From Nymphaea colorata (lineage: Eukaryota): a DNA stretch of 64,000 nucleotides. Location of the stretch: assembly GCF_008831285.2 (NCBI RefSeq), contig NC_045138.2:24366001-24430000 (forward strand), read 5' to 3'. The notes below the pieces were generated by a model, which searched no databases, had not been told where the DNA came from, and saw only the letters and a program-made list of their open reading frames with translations. How positions within the stretch are numbered: the stretch's first letter is position 1; each line of letters opens with the position of its first letter. This document shows positions 1-10,496 of the stretch, one piece after another. Made by a program: the position numbers and the translations under genes.

Positions 1-678
1 AAGGGGACCCAAGATTTTTTTCTTCCCCTTCAGGCAAGGCAATGCCAAGATTGACAATTTCGTGGAATCTTTGGGCCTTTTTTTTCTTTCTTATTAGGCA
101 GATCTTAATTTATCAGTTTTTGAGAGTTCTCGTTATTGAATGTTAGGTCTCTTTCAACTTGATAGACTTTTCAAGTCGAATTCTCGAACAGGAAAAGGAA
201 AATGAAGTTTGTGAGTATCATTCTGTATATTACATAGAATTTAATTTTATCAGAGCAAGTAGTTTGCTGAATTTTCCGAAAATATGGATTTGGCGCTTTT
301 CGTTGGTTTCGTTCAGGCCCGAATCTTGTGCTTTACTGCAGCGACAGCCTTAACAGTATCCCCCAGTGAAACAGCAGCGTTAGAATCGGTGGGACTTTCA
401 AATATCGCGTTTGGGGGATGTATCAGAGTTCGTGATAATAATGCCAAAAGCGATTCATCCGACACGGACACGATCATGATCCAAGCGGGCCTGTAAGAGC
501 TTCGCGCGACCACCAAATATCCGGAAAAAGGTCCCTCTTTTTTGTGACTCTCGAAGTTCACATTCGAGGACCACGAAATCCAGAAATTAAAAAAGCCGAA
601 AAACGACGTTCGTGAACCTCCAAGATCTCGGGCGCGGATCTTCTAAACGGGTCCCTTGGCAGAACAGACGTAACGGCA

Positions 679-784
679 GCCACGTCAAAAAGGGCCGGCT
701 GCGAAACGAGGACTCTCGGCCGCTCCTGCACGCGTCACGAGGGTGACGCCCTCTTTCTTCTCCTCTGCTTCCCTCTATTTATTT
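679..784 (+). promoter_or_regulatory. Putative core promoter of the NDA gene: ABRE/G-box-like GCCACGT (679-685), CE3/CGCG-like CACGCGT (729-735), TATA-like CTATTTAT (~775-782)
   Basis: Motif matches in a GC-rich stretch followed by a pyrimidine patch and GA-rich leader-like sequence; motif match only. Confidence 0.35.
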
Positions 785-3553
785 GACTCACTCTTCTCCC
801 AACAAATTCGTGAATCGTGCTTCAGGTTCCGTAAAGAGAGCGGTTGTTTTCTCCAATTCTCTGGGAATTCATTTTTGTAGATCGTCAAAGCAAAAGGAAG
901 AGAAAACGAGTAGGAGAAAGAGGAGGAAAGGACGAAGAAGTTGGCGTCCAGGATACTCGGAAATGGCTGTCCTTCTAGAAGGTGATTTCTAGTAAAGGCC
1001 CGCCCCATCTTTGCTTCCTAACCGTCCATCTCCTGTCTCGTTTTCTTCCTCGTCTTTGAATTTGCATTTCAATTCAATTGTTTAAATCCCGAACTTTTCG
1101 AATACATTATGCGTCTTTAGTTCGTAGTTCGCACTGTTGACGTCTCTCCGTTCAGGTTTTCGGCCCTTAAGTCGCGATTCCAGAAATGCAACTTTTTAAT
1201 TATTTTCTGTTGGACCATTTACTTTAGTAGTTCATGCTTTTCTGGAATTTAATAGTTCCGGATCCGGACAGCGATCTGAACGACAGCCAAGAGATTCCGG
1301 AATATTTCTTGCGCGGCAAGAAACAGAGTGAAGCATATTTCGTAGCGGGTTATAAAACGCCCCGAGTTTGCTGTTGTTTTAGTATCTGTGAGATTTAATG
1401 GTTTAGTATACCGAAATATTTTTGTGGCTCCTTTCCTTTTCTGGAACCGGGAAAGCGTGAGCATTTGCTGTTTTTCCGTCGGAGTCTGTGGATGATTCGC
1501 AGGACTTTTGTGGTAATTAAGGTGAGGCGGTGTAATTTCGTTTTCGTTTCCCTTTCCGTGTTAAAGCTGCCGAGTCTCGAGCTCGTTTTGTTTTCCACTC
1601 CTTTTCATGGTTTCCAAGGAACTCTGTTTCTTGCTTGAACTCGTTTGACCTCCTCTAACCTTGTCATGGTACTTGGTAAGGACGTACTTTTTTTACACTG
1701 AGTTCGTATTTGTATGTCTGTCTGTCTCTCTCTCTCTCTAGCACCTTGCGAAGTGAATTTGGCTGGTTGAGGAAGACGAGTGAAGAAATGTAGTGTTCCC
1801 TGCTGATAAATTGGGGAACAACTTTTTTTTCCTCCCATATACTGGTATATGCTCTGTCTTTCTTGTGATCTCATGATTCTCTGGAAACGCGAACAATGGA
1901 ATGAATACGTCTTCGATGGTTAGAGTTGAATTATTCCTAAAGTTCTTGTGTAACTATTTGTTCTTCCCATGTAGTGGTTTATGTTCGTCTTTTCTCCCTT
2001 ACGATCTCAGGATTGTGGAAATGGAGCGACGGAAGGAATATGCCTTCCATGTTGGTCGTTAAACATCGAGATTCAATCGCCGCGACTGCCACCGACCAGT
2101 TCTAGGTGGTGGTAGCTGCCAATTCTGGTTCCGATGAAAATAAACTGGAGTTGTTTTCAACTAACTTGCCTTTCTCCCTAAGGATAGTTGTCAAAGTTCC
2201 TTCCTGCATTCCAGGCTGATATCGTTTGTTCGTAGCTCAATTTCTAGCTTCCTCACCATGCACAGCTCGTTGCTCGTCCTGTATTGGTGTTACTCGTTGT
2301 ATGTCTCACAGGGTTTTCTCATAAAAGAATGATCAGTTTTTTAAATTGAAAGGCAAGTTCTTAGTTCTTAGCCTGTAGTTCGTGCACAGACTTTGATGCC
2401 CTGTCTGGGGAGCCAGTGTTGGGGCGAAGATAGGAAACATAAGTAGGGATGAAAATCGGTCATGAGAGGGGAGCCCCGATATCACTTAGCTGCCATGCCT
2501 ATCACGTACATCGTCCTGAGGATGTGATACAGCTGAAATGGAGGACATTGTAGATTGTCATAAAAATTAGTTTCCAAAAACATGAGGAGGGTTGGTGGTT
2601 GAATGAATGATCATCTCCCGCCTCATCTCTCAAATCCAGGCCCCATAGTCCAAAGGTCTTTCATAGGATGTTTATCCAAGAAACCAGATTATTATTTTTT
2701 GGGTTCCTCCAAAGTGTGCTAGCTGGAGCCCTTCTCACACCTTTTCCATTTCCATTCTTTTGTACTTGAAGGTTCTCAAAGTCCTTAATGTCGGACTTCG
2801 TTTATCAGTGGTACTTCCACTTCGTTGTTACTTACTTACAGAGAATGTTGATCTTAACCTCGAATGAAGATTCTGTAGCCTGGTGAACTGGCCTTTGTCA
2901 AGTGTAACTAACTTTAGCGGAGTATTGAACTATAGGCCAGAGGGTGCTTTTCCGGTCATGGCTTTATATATGAGAATTTATATGAAATATGTAGTCCTTT
3001 CATGCGTCTGTATATTTTATTAGGAATAACTCATGGGGATGAGTCTATCCTTTTTATATATGTGCGTGTGCACGTCTTTGTGCGGAGGTGTATTAATGGG
3101 GAAAAAAGTTGCACTTTGTCTGGCTTGTCTTCTTTCTGTCGCATGAACGTTTTTTGGTGACCTTTTTTTTTATAGCCAGTAATTTTTGTAAATGCTAAAA
3201 CTTGTAATTTAAAACATACATTAGACATTATTAATCTCTTTATTTGTGTAAGGAATACTCTGTTGTTGCCAGTTGAAACTTTATATAGAATGTTGGGTTG
3301 TGAACTTACTTGTTTGGATATCTGCTGTTTGCATAGCTTGGGTTGACGTTAATTTCAAGTGTGACATTTACTTCCCATGCAGGATGAGCAGTAGAGAGCT
3401 TTCTAAGGGATCCTAGTTGGTCGGTGTCCTTTGATGAGAACTACTTGTCACTGAAGAACGTTGCCAAAGGGACTAAGTTCTGAGCTCCAGGCTTCTCCCC
3501 TCTGGTGCTATAAAAGAGATAGGTAGTTGAACTTTTGACATCTATTGAATACA

Positions 3554-6500
3554 ATGGCATGGTCAAGGCTTGCTGGGAACAGTTTGAGACATTCACTTAA
3601 TACCAGTCTGACTGGAAGGGGCAGTGTTGTTGATCGTGTGCTCTATCAGAGTGCCTTCCATAACCAAATCTATTCACTTCATCATTGCAACTCCTACAGT
3701 AGAAATGTGAATGAAAGAAGCCAAGTGAATCTTTGGCTTAACAGCCTAATTTCTGAAAAAAGTTTGATCAATCAGGAAAAAACTCAGAAAAGGGGAATAA
3801 GTATGTCACCAAAGTACCAGTTTCCTGTAGCAGAGAAAGCAATAGACTATGACATTCAGAAGGATTCCGAGCAAGAAGATAAAAAGGCTGTTCAGAAATT
3901 TCCTGGCTTGGGACCAACAAAGTCTGATCAGAAGCCAAGGATTGTAGTTCTTGGTTCAGGATGGGGTGCCTGTCGGTTTCTGAAAGGAGTAGATACTAAG
4001 ATATATGATGTAGTTTGTATATCACCACGTAATCACATGGTCTTTACTCCTCTGCTTGCTTCCACTTGTGTTGGGACGCTTGAATTTAGGTCAGTTGCTG
4101 AACCAGTTAACCGAATACAAACTGCACTGGCAAAAGAACCTAATTCCTATTTCTTTCTGGCAAAGTGCACTGGTTTAGATGCAGACAAGCATGAAGTGAG
4201 TCTTTCTTGTCCTTATTATTCTCCCATATCTGTTTCAAATGTTCTCTATTTGATATTGAAGTCAGGGAGGGGAGAGAAAGGGTGTTTTGGTGGGTAGGGG
4301 TGTCGGGGGGTGGGTGGGCATGGGCGATGATCGTTAGAGGGAATACAGTGAGTAAACCCTGTGGTGGTACAGACTACAGAGTGATATCAGCTTGAGTAAA
4401 CTTACAAAAGATTCAGAGAGCGCTGGTTGCTTGCTGCTTGTTTTCTGGACTTTCTTCTTATCTGACGATCTCTATTTTGTCCTTTGGCTTTCCATTTTGA
4501 CCAGGTCTTCTGTGAAACAGTAAGCGGTAATGAACTGCCTCATGAACCATACAAATTTAGAGTTGCATACGATAAACTAGTAATTGCTTCGGGAGCAGAG
4601 CCTTTGACTTTCAATATTGATGGAGTAAAAGAACACGCGATTTTTCTTCGTGAAGTGCATCATGCACAGGAAATAAGAAGGAAGCTTCTCTCGAACTTGA
4701 TGCTTTCTGAAAATCCTGGTATGTGAGCCAATTCAGTATTATCATTTATTATATGATATAATATTAGTTCAAATCAAAATCTTGTTTTGGTTTCAACTGT
4801 CAGCTTGCCTATTGCTTGTTTTTCTTTGTACCTGGTGATTTTTTTGTAGTTCTGATGAATAAACCTCGAATATGATTTACATCTTAACACTACATGCATA
4901 TGATTCAAGTTGCACAAATTTCCGATGCAGGCTTACCATGTGACCGTATTTGTGAACAATTTGGCAGATCTCGTGCAGTCTGGCCTTATTTTCTGAAATT
5001 GTATCCCTGGTGATTTTTTTGTAGTTCTGATGAATAAACCTCGAATATGATTTACATCTTAACACTACATGCATATGATTCAAGTTGCACAAATTACCGA
5101 TGCAGGCTTACCATGTGACCATATTTGTGAACAATTTGGCAGATCTTGTGCAGTCTGGCCTTATTTTCTGAAATTGTATAACTGTGTTGTTAGTGGCAGT
5201 GGTTATTTCTATAAAAAGGTTCTCGGAGGATAATACAGCTATAAAAGTTCATAAAAATATGTGCTGAATGTTGCTTTATCTGAGATGATTCTAGTGCTGA
5301 GTTTATCCATTACATTTTGAGTGAATTTTACCTATCATGATGGCAGGACTGTCTGATGAGGAAAGGAAACGCCTCTTGCACTGTGTTGTCATTGGTGGTG
5401 GTCCTACGGGGGTAGAGTTCAGTGGAGAACTGAGCGACTTCATTATGAAGGATGTCCGCGAAAGATACAGTCATGTTAAAGACCACATCCATGTTACGCT
5501 CATTGAGGTATTATCTTTTTGTGTGCAGAAAATTGAACGAAATAGTTCATGCTGCTGATATTTCACTGAATCTTTTCTTTGCTACATCTTGAGTAGGCAA
5601 ACGAGATATTATCATCTTTTGACGTGCGGTTGAGGCAATATGCAACCCGTCACTTGAGGAAGGTAATGTGCAATAATTTTTCACACCATGTGCTGCGGTC
5701 TAATTTTATCAGGCAACAAATCCTGACAATTGACATGTATGTGAAAATTCAGTCTGGCGTTCAACTTGTTCGTGGAGTGGTCAAAGAGGTGCATCCAAAG
5801 AAGTTACTTCTTAGTGACGGCACTGAAGTTCCTTACGGACTGCTGGTCTGGTCCACAGGAGTGGGGCCATCACCGTTTGTAAACTCTCTCAATCTTCCAA
5901 AGTCTCCTCAAGGAAGGTTTGTCAAAATGGCTTTGTGGTTGGCATATGGCAATTCCTACCGTCGCAGTAGGGTCGACATGCTTTCTGTTATCTCTTTGAT
6001 ATGGTTTGCTTGCATGTAGGATTGGCGTTGATCAATGGTTGCGAGTTCCTTCTGTTGAAGATGTGTTTGCTCTTGGTGATTGTGCTGGGTATCTTGAGGA
6101 GACTGGAAAGCAAACTCTTCCAGCTTTGGCACAGGTTAGCATTTCCTAATATCCTCAAGTTTACAGAGGTGAAAAAAGAGAGAAAAAAAAAGGGATTGCT
6201 TGACATGCATATATATGATAGTCTTCGACTTGGTATAGAAATCCCCAAGTTCATCTTAAATAGAAACAAAGTGTAGTAAACCGTCTATTCGGAATGTTGG
6301 TGCCGGTTCCCTCTGCTCTGCAATTGGAACTTTTTCCTATGTAGAATGAAGATGGTCGTTTTTATCCATCGGTTGATTGGAAGAAATTTTTTCATCCTCA
6401 TCTGATTCTGCAAGTTTCTGGAATGTAAAGTGAGGACAATAGTTCTTATCATTGGTCTCTCATTTTTGCACTGTTCAGGTTGCAGAGAGGGAGGGTAAAT

Positions 6501-7197
6501 ATCTTGTCGGCCTATTTAACATGATTGGAAAGCAGAACGGGGGCAAAGCCTATGCCGCCAAAGACATTCCTCTTGGTGATCCTTTTGTTTACAGGCACCT
6601 AGGTAGCATGGCGTCTGTTGGGCGATACAAGGCATTGGTTGATTTGCGCCAGAGCAAGGTACGTTCTCCTATTCTGTTATACTTTTGTCCTGCGCATTCC
6701 CAAAATCGGCCGGGTCACGGACTCTCATATCATGCTCATGCTTGGTGGGTAAGTGGGTTTCCGGTGGCCAGTAGCTACATCCACTTTCTCAACACTCACC
6801 TCACCTTGGTCAAAGGTCCTCTTTGTGTAATTTTGCTCGATTGGCTTTTGTCAAGTAACTGCATTGCCTTGGTATCGGAAAATGTTGTTCGAGAGCTGAG
6901 TCTTGTGTTACTCCGGTTCTAGTTGCACGAACCTCAATTTGTCCTGCCCCTGGTTCTATCACCAAAGAACCTTAGCGCAATGAAATGTGCTGGAATACTG
7001 ACGCCCAACTGTTACTTTTCTTTTTCCTGGCTTTCTTTCTGCAGGATGGAAAGGGTATGTCTTTTGCAGGGCTTATCAGTTGGTTTATCTGGCGGTCTGC
7101 TTACTTGACGCGAGTCGTGAGCTGGAGGAACAGGTTTTATGTGGCTGTCAATTGGGCCACCACCTTCGTCTTCGGTAGGGACAATTCGAAGATCTAG
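3554..7197 (+). CDS. NDA: Internal alternative NAD(P)H:ubiquinone oxidoreductase, type II NDH, NDA family (~564 aa)
   Basis: Exons 3554-4195, 4505-4718, 5347-5507, 5597-5662, 5753-5916, 6020-6134, 6479-6658, 7045-7197; all GT-AG, 1695 nt in frame. Motifs [80 protein letters not shown]. No EF-hand insert (so not NDB). Confidence 0.95.
4831..5179. repeat. Near-identical tandem duplication, ~175 bp x2, in NDA coding intron 2
   Basis: cctggtgattttttt...ttctgaaattgtat begins at 4831 and again at 5006 with only a few differences. Confidence 0.95.
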
Positions 7198-8684
7198 TAG
7201 CAGACTCGGGAGACGATCGCCCTGAAGATGATAGCGCTGGCGCGTCTGTCTGGTCTGTTGACGCCCTTCTGAAATGTTGTTCCTTTGCCTGGAGATGAAA
7301 GGCAGCGTGTATTCATTTCTTCTACTTAAAATTTTTGTATTCTTTTGTTCTGCTGAGATCCCTACTTGACTCTCAGTTTCTTAGACGCTCATTCGCTGTA
7401 CAAGCAATGCTGCGGAAACATCGCTGCAATTTTGACCCTCTTGTTGATGGTTTCTACGGCCTTCGAATGCGGCCCGTTTGATCCGTGAAAACAACGAAGA
7501 ATAGCTATTTCCGAGAAAGTTGTAATCTAAAGAACTTGCAATTTAAACTCTTCGAATGGAAGGCATAAACGGGGAACCTATGAGGCATGAACAATCTTCT
7601 ACAACTTGCTGATTCACCTTCCTGTCGATTATGCTAATTGACAGTCGTTCTGCCTTGTTTTTAGTAATGGAGGATCGCCAACGTGTGTCAGGAACACCCT
7701 TTTGGCACGATGAAAGCAAGGGTTTGGTTGTCTCGGAAGAGGGAAGAGGTCTAGTTTAATTGTGGTGATCCGTTTCTGGGCTTGCAATTGGTATTGTGTT
7801 TCAAGTCTGAATCTGACTCCATCGCTTGCTTGACCTGGCTATCAATAAGCTTGTGGGATTCACATTTGATGGTGCCTTTTTATTCAATTTATTTATGCCA
7901 CTTTTGGTAATTTGTGGATCTGAACTATGGTTATTTGATTACCCTCCTTTTATATCTATGCATATGTGATATGTCTTCCTGTACTAGATTGATAGTTCAT
8001 CAACTAAGTATCTTATGATAGACTTAGATCCACATAGAGATCCTCTGACTTCATTTTGCATAAGGCCAAAAGTGTAATTCAAAATCAAAGCGGCGAAGTT
8101 CGATCTTGAAGATCTTAAATCCCGAAGATTTAGGACCAGATGAATCAAACGGCTACTCAGTCCATGAAGGATGGTTGGAGTAGAAACCGAGGGCTGAAGG
8201 TCTCCCAACTCAAAGCAAAGCTATATTGTCTCTGTTCTGTGATTATGTTGCAGACATATTAGCTGACATTTATTGTTCTGATTCTATTTGTAGTCGTAAT
8301 CAAAACATTTTTCCATCCAAGTGTTAAAACTGCACATAATGCAGAAACTAGACCGATTTGTTTTTCTAAGAGGCCGTTTGATTGGTAGACGTGCGTGTTC
8401 CGCGCTCCGCCTTCCATCAGGGTTGAATACTTGAACCACACCCTTTTCGGGCCAGCGTCTACTCTTCTCGTTCCTGGGACGCCATGGAATCTGAACGTTC
8501 CATTTCTGCCATTTTCAAGAACAAAAATCAAATACCCTTCCAATGTTCTTATACATACTCGTTTTTATTTACCGGTTGTGCTTTACTTGCTAATATAACG
8601 TTCGGGCAGCACACAAAGGTGCAACCGAATTCGTGGAGAGCTGCTACCTCACAAGTACATCTCCATAAGTTGCGGTTGATCATT

Positions 8685-10320
8685 GGGACATGTTCAGGTG
8701 AACTCCTCTCACCTAGCCCGAGCTCGGTCGACGACCACCGGACCATGTCTTTTTGTCCCTCATCTTCAACGACGGCGCCGAGTTTATGCCAACATTGAAC
8801 CCAAATAGTCTGACCGGTTATTGGATCGGACCTCAAGAACCCTAATTCTGTCTCTCCCTCTCCGTGGTTCTGATTCTGCAGGGAAAGAAGGCCATTCCGC
8901 GATGCCGACGGTTCAAGTTAGACGGGACCTTCTCTTCGTAGCTCTCGGGAGGTCTTATAGCTGCGAGGATCCTTCGTTACGATCTTCTCTCATGCTCCTT
9001 CCGCTTTCGTTTGCTTCGGCATTTCTGAACTGCTGAATTTCGTTGCGTTCTGTCCTATATCTGAATCAGCACAAGAAGAAGAGTTCGAGTCCCCACGCTT
9101 CGATTTTGGTATCGAGCTCGACGATGTCGCGAGTTCATTCGAATACGCTTTCTTTCTAAGTTTTTTGGTTTTTTTTTTTTTTTTAATCTGGTGAAAGCAT
9201 AGTTCCGTATGTTTTGAGTTTCCCTTTTTCTGGGGGAGTGAGCGCAAGTGAAATCGAGTTTCCTGTAGTTTGGATGGAGAAGCTGTGATTTCTCCTTGTT
9301 AAGTTCACAGAGTGTTTGGTTGATTCGTTTTTCATTTATTAGGGCCACTTTCTTGCTTGTGAACTCATTCACGCTTTACGTTGTGAAAATTCGTAGACGA
9401 CGGAAAAGACCATAATCAGGAAGGAAAGACACCTGGAAGAAGAAGCATCCGAGGATGAGGAGGTTACTTACAAGATCGAGGTTTCTGCCAACAGGAGACG
9501 TGCATTTCCTTTTGGCAACTTCGTTGATAAGCAACAGAGATTCTTTGTTTTTGTTATTTGAAGTGATTGAATTTTATGTATCGATTTTGTCACTGTTCCC
9601 GTCCTACATCTGTAGTTCTACAGAGACAATATCTTAGCAATGAAAAAGATACATTCCTCTGCAGTGCATAATTTAGACTGGTGTTCTTCTTATCCTCAGG
9701 CGGCATTGATGAATTAGACTTATTTTATTGTAAGTTCTTTCTGCGAACCATGACCACGTTCTTTCACCAGCATTTTTCCGTGGCTGCTTTTGAGCTTTGA
9801 GACGTTGAAATTAATTGATGGATCTTTTGAAAATATGAGGACTACGACATGTAGTAGGATGCTACAGCGCAGACATTGTCTATATGATACGAATAATTGT
9901 GGAGAACCATTATGTGAAGAAAGCTATGAATATAAAGTGTTTTCTAATTACAGTTTAGTACGAAGAATGAACAATTATGTGTTAACTGTATACAATGTAT
10001 ATGCACTTTTATATGTAGAGTTTGTTGTTTATATGTATGAACTTGAAAATCCGAAATATCGTTCATTTAATCATCCATTCCAGTTAGAAGCTCAAAAGTT
10101 GCAAAAATCGATGCTATGAAATGAATCATTATATGGAGAAAACTGTGGAAAAATAAAGTAACTGATGAAAGTATTTTCTAATTATAATTCATGGTGGAGA
10201 ATGCACAGGTAAGTGTTAATACAATATACCATGCATATACACTTTTATATGCCAGAGTTCATTGTTTATATATATCATATACGAACTTAAAAAAAACAAA
10301 AATATCATTCAATTGAACAT
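8685..10320 (+). pseudogene. Truncated duplicate of the PheRS-beta 5' end (promoter, exons 1-3, part of intron 3)
   Basis: Collinear with ~14237-15790. Exon equivalents 8902-8959, 9070-9128, 9397-9494 encode MPTVQVRRDLLFVALGRSYTQEEEFESPRFDFGIELDDVTTEKTIIRKERHLEEEASEDEEVTYKIEVSANR; donors are GC, GC and GA instead of GT; downstream exons absent. Boundaries approximate. Confidence 0.9.
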
Positions 10321-10434
10321 CCTTTGAAGTGAATTTTATGATAAAGCGACTACTATGCCTATGGCTGAACCTCTCGTTTTCTTGATGTAGATTATGTTCA
10401 GGTTGATAGCGACTTAAGGGTGTTATTTTGCAGC

Positions 10435-10496
10435 CGTTGATGAAGGTGGCCCTTGCAGTCCGTCGTTGATGAAGGTGGCCCTTGCAGTCCGTCGTT
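10435..10496 (+). repeat. Perfect 29-nt tandem duplication spanning the PPR start codon
   Basis: cgttgatgaaggtggcccttgcagtccgt at 10435-10463 and 10464-10492, plus cgtt. Confidence 0.97.

Noticed and set aside
159..561. Short ORFs at window start
   Set aside because: No recognisable domain or splice structure; likely promoter/intergenic.
2446..2540. Possible C/D snoRNA in the NDA leader intron
   Set aside because: Imperfect C box, no terminal stem or recognisable rRNA complement.
3425..3484. TGCCAAAGG (miR399-like) and TGATGA...CTGA (C/D snoRNA-like) in the NDA leader
   Set aside because: Only 9 nt match miR399 with no proper star arm; C-to-D span is short and no guide recognised.
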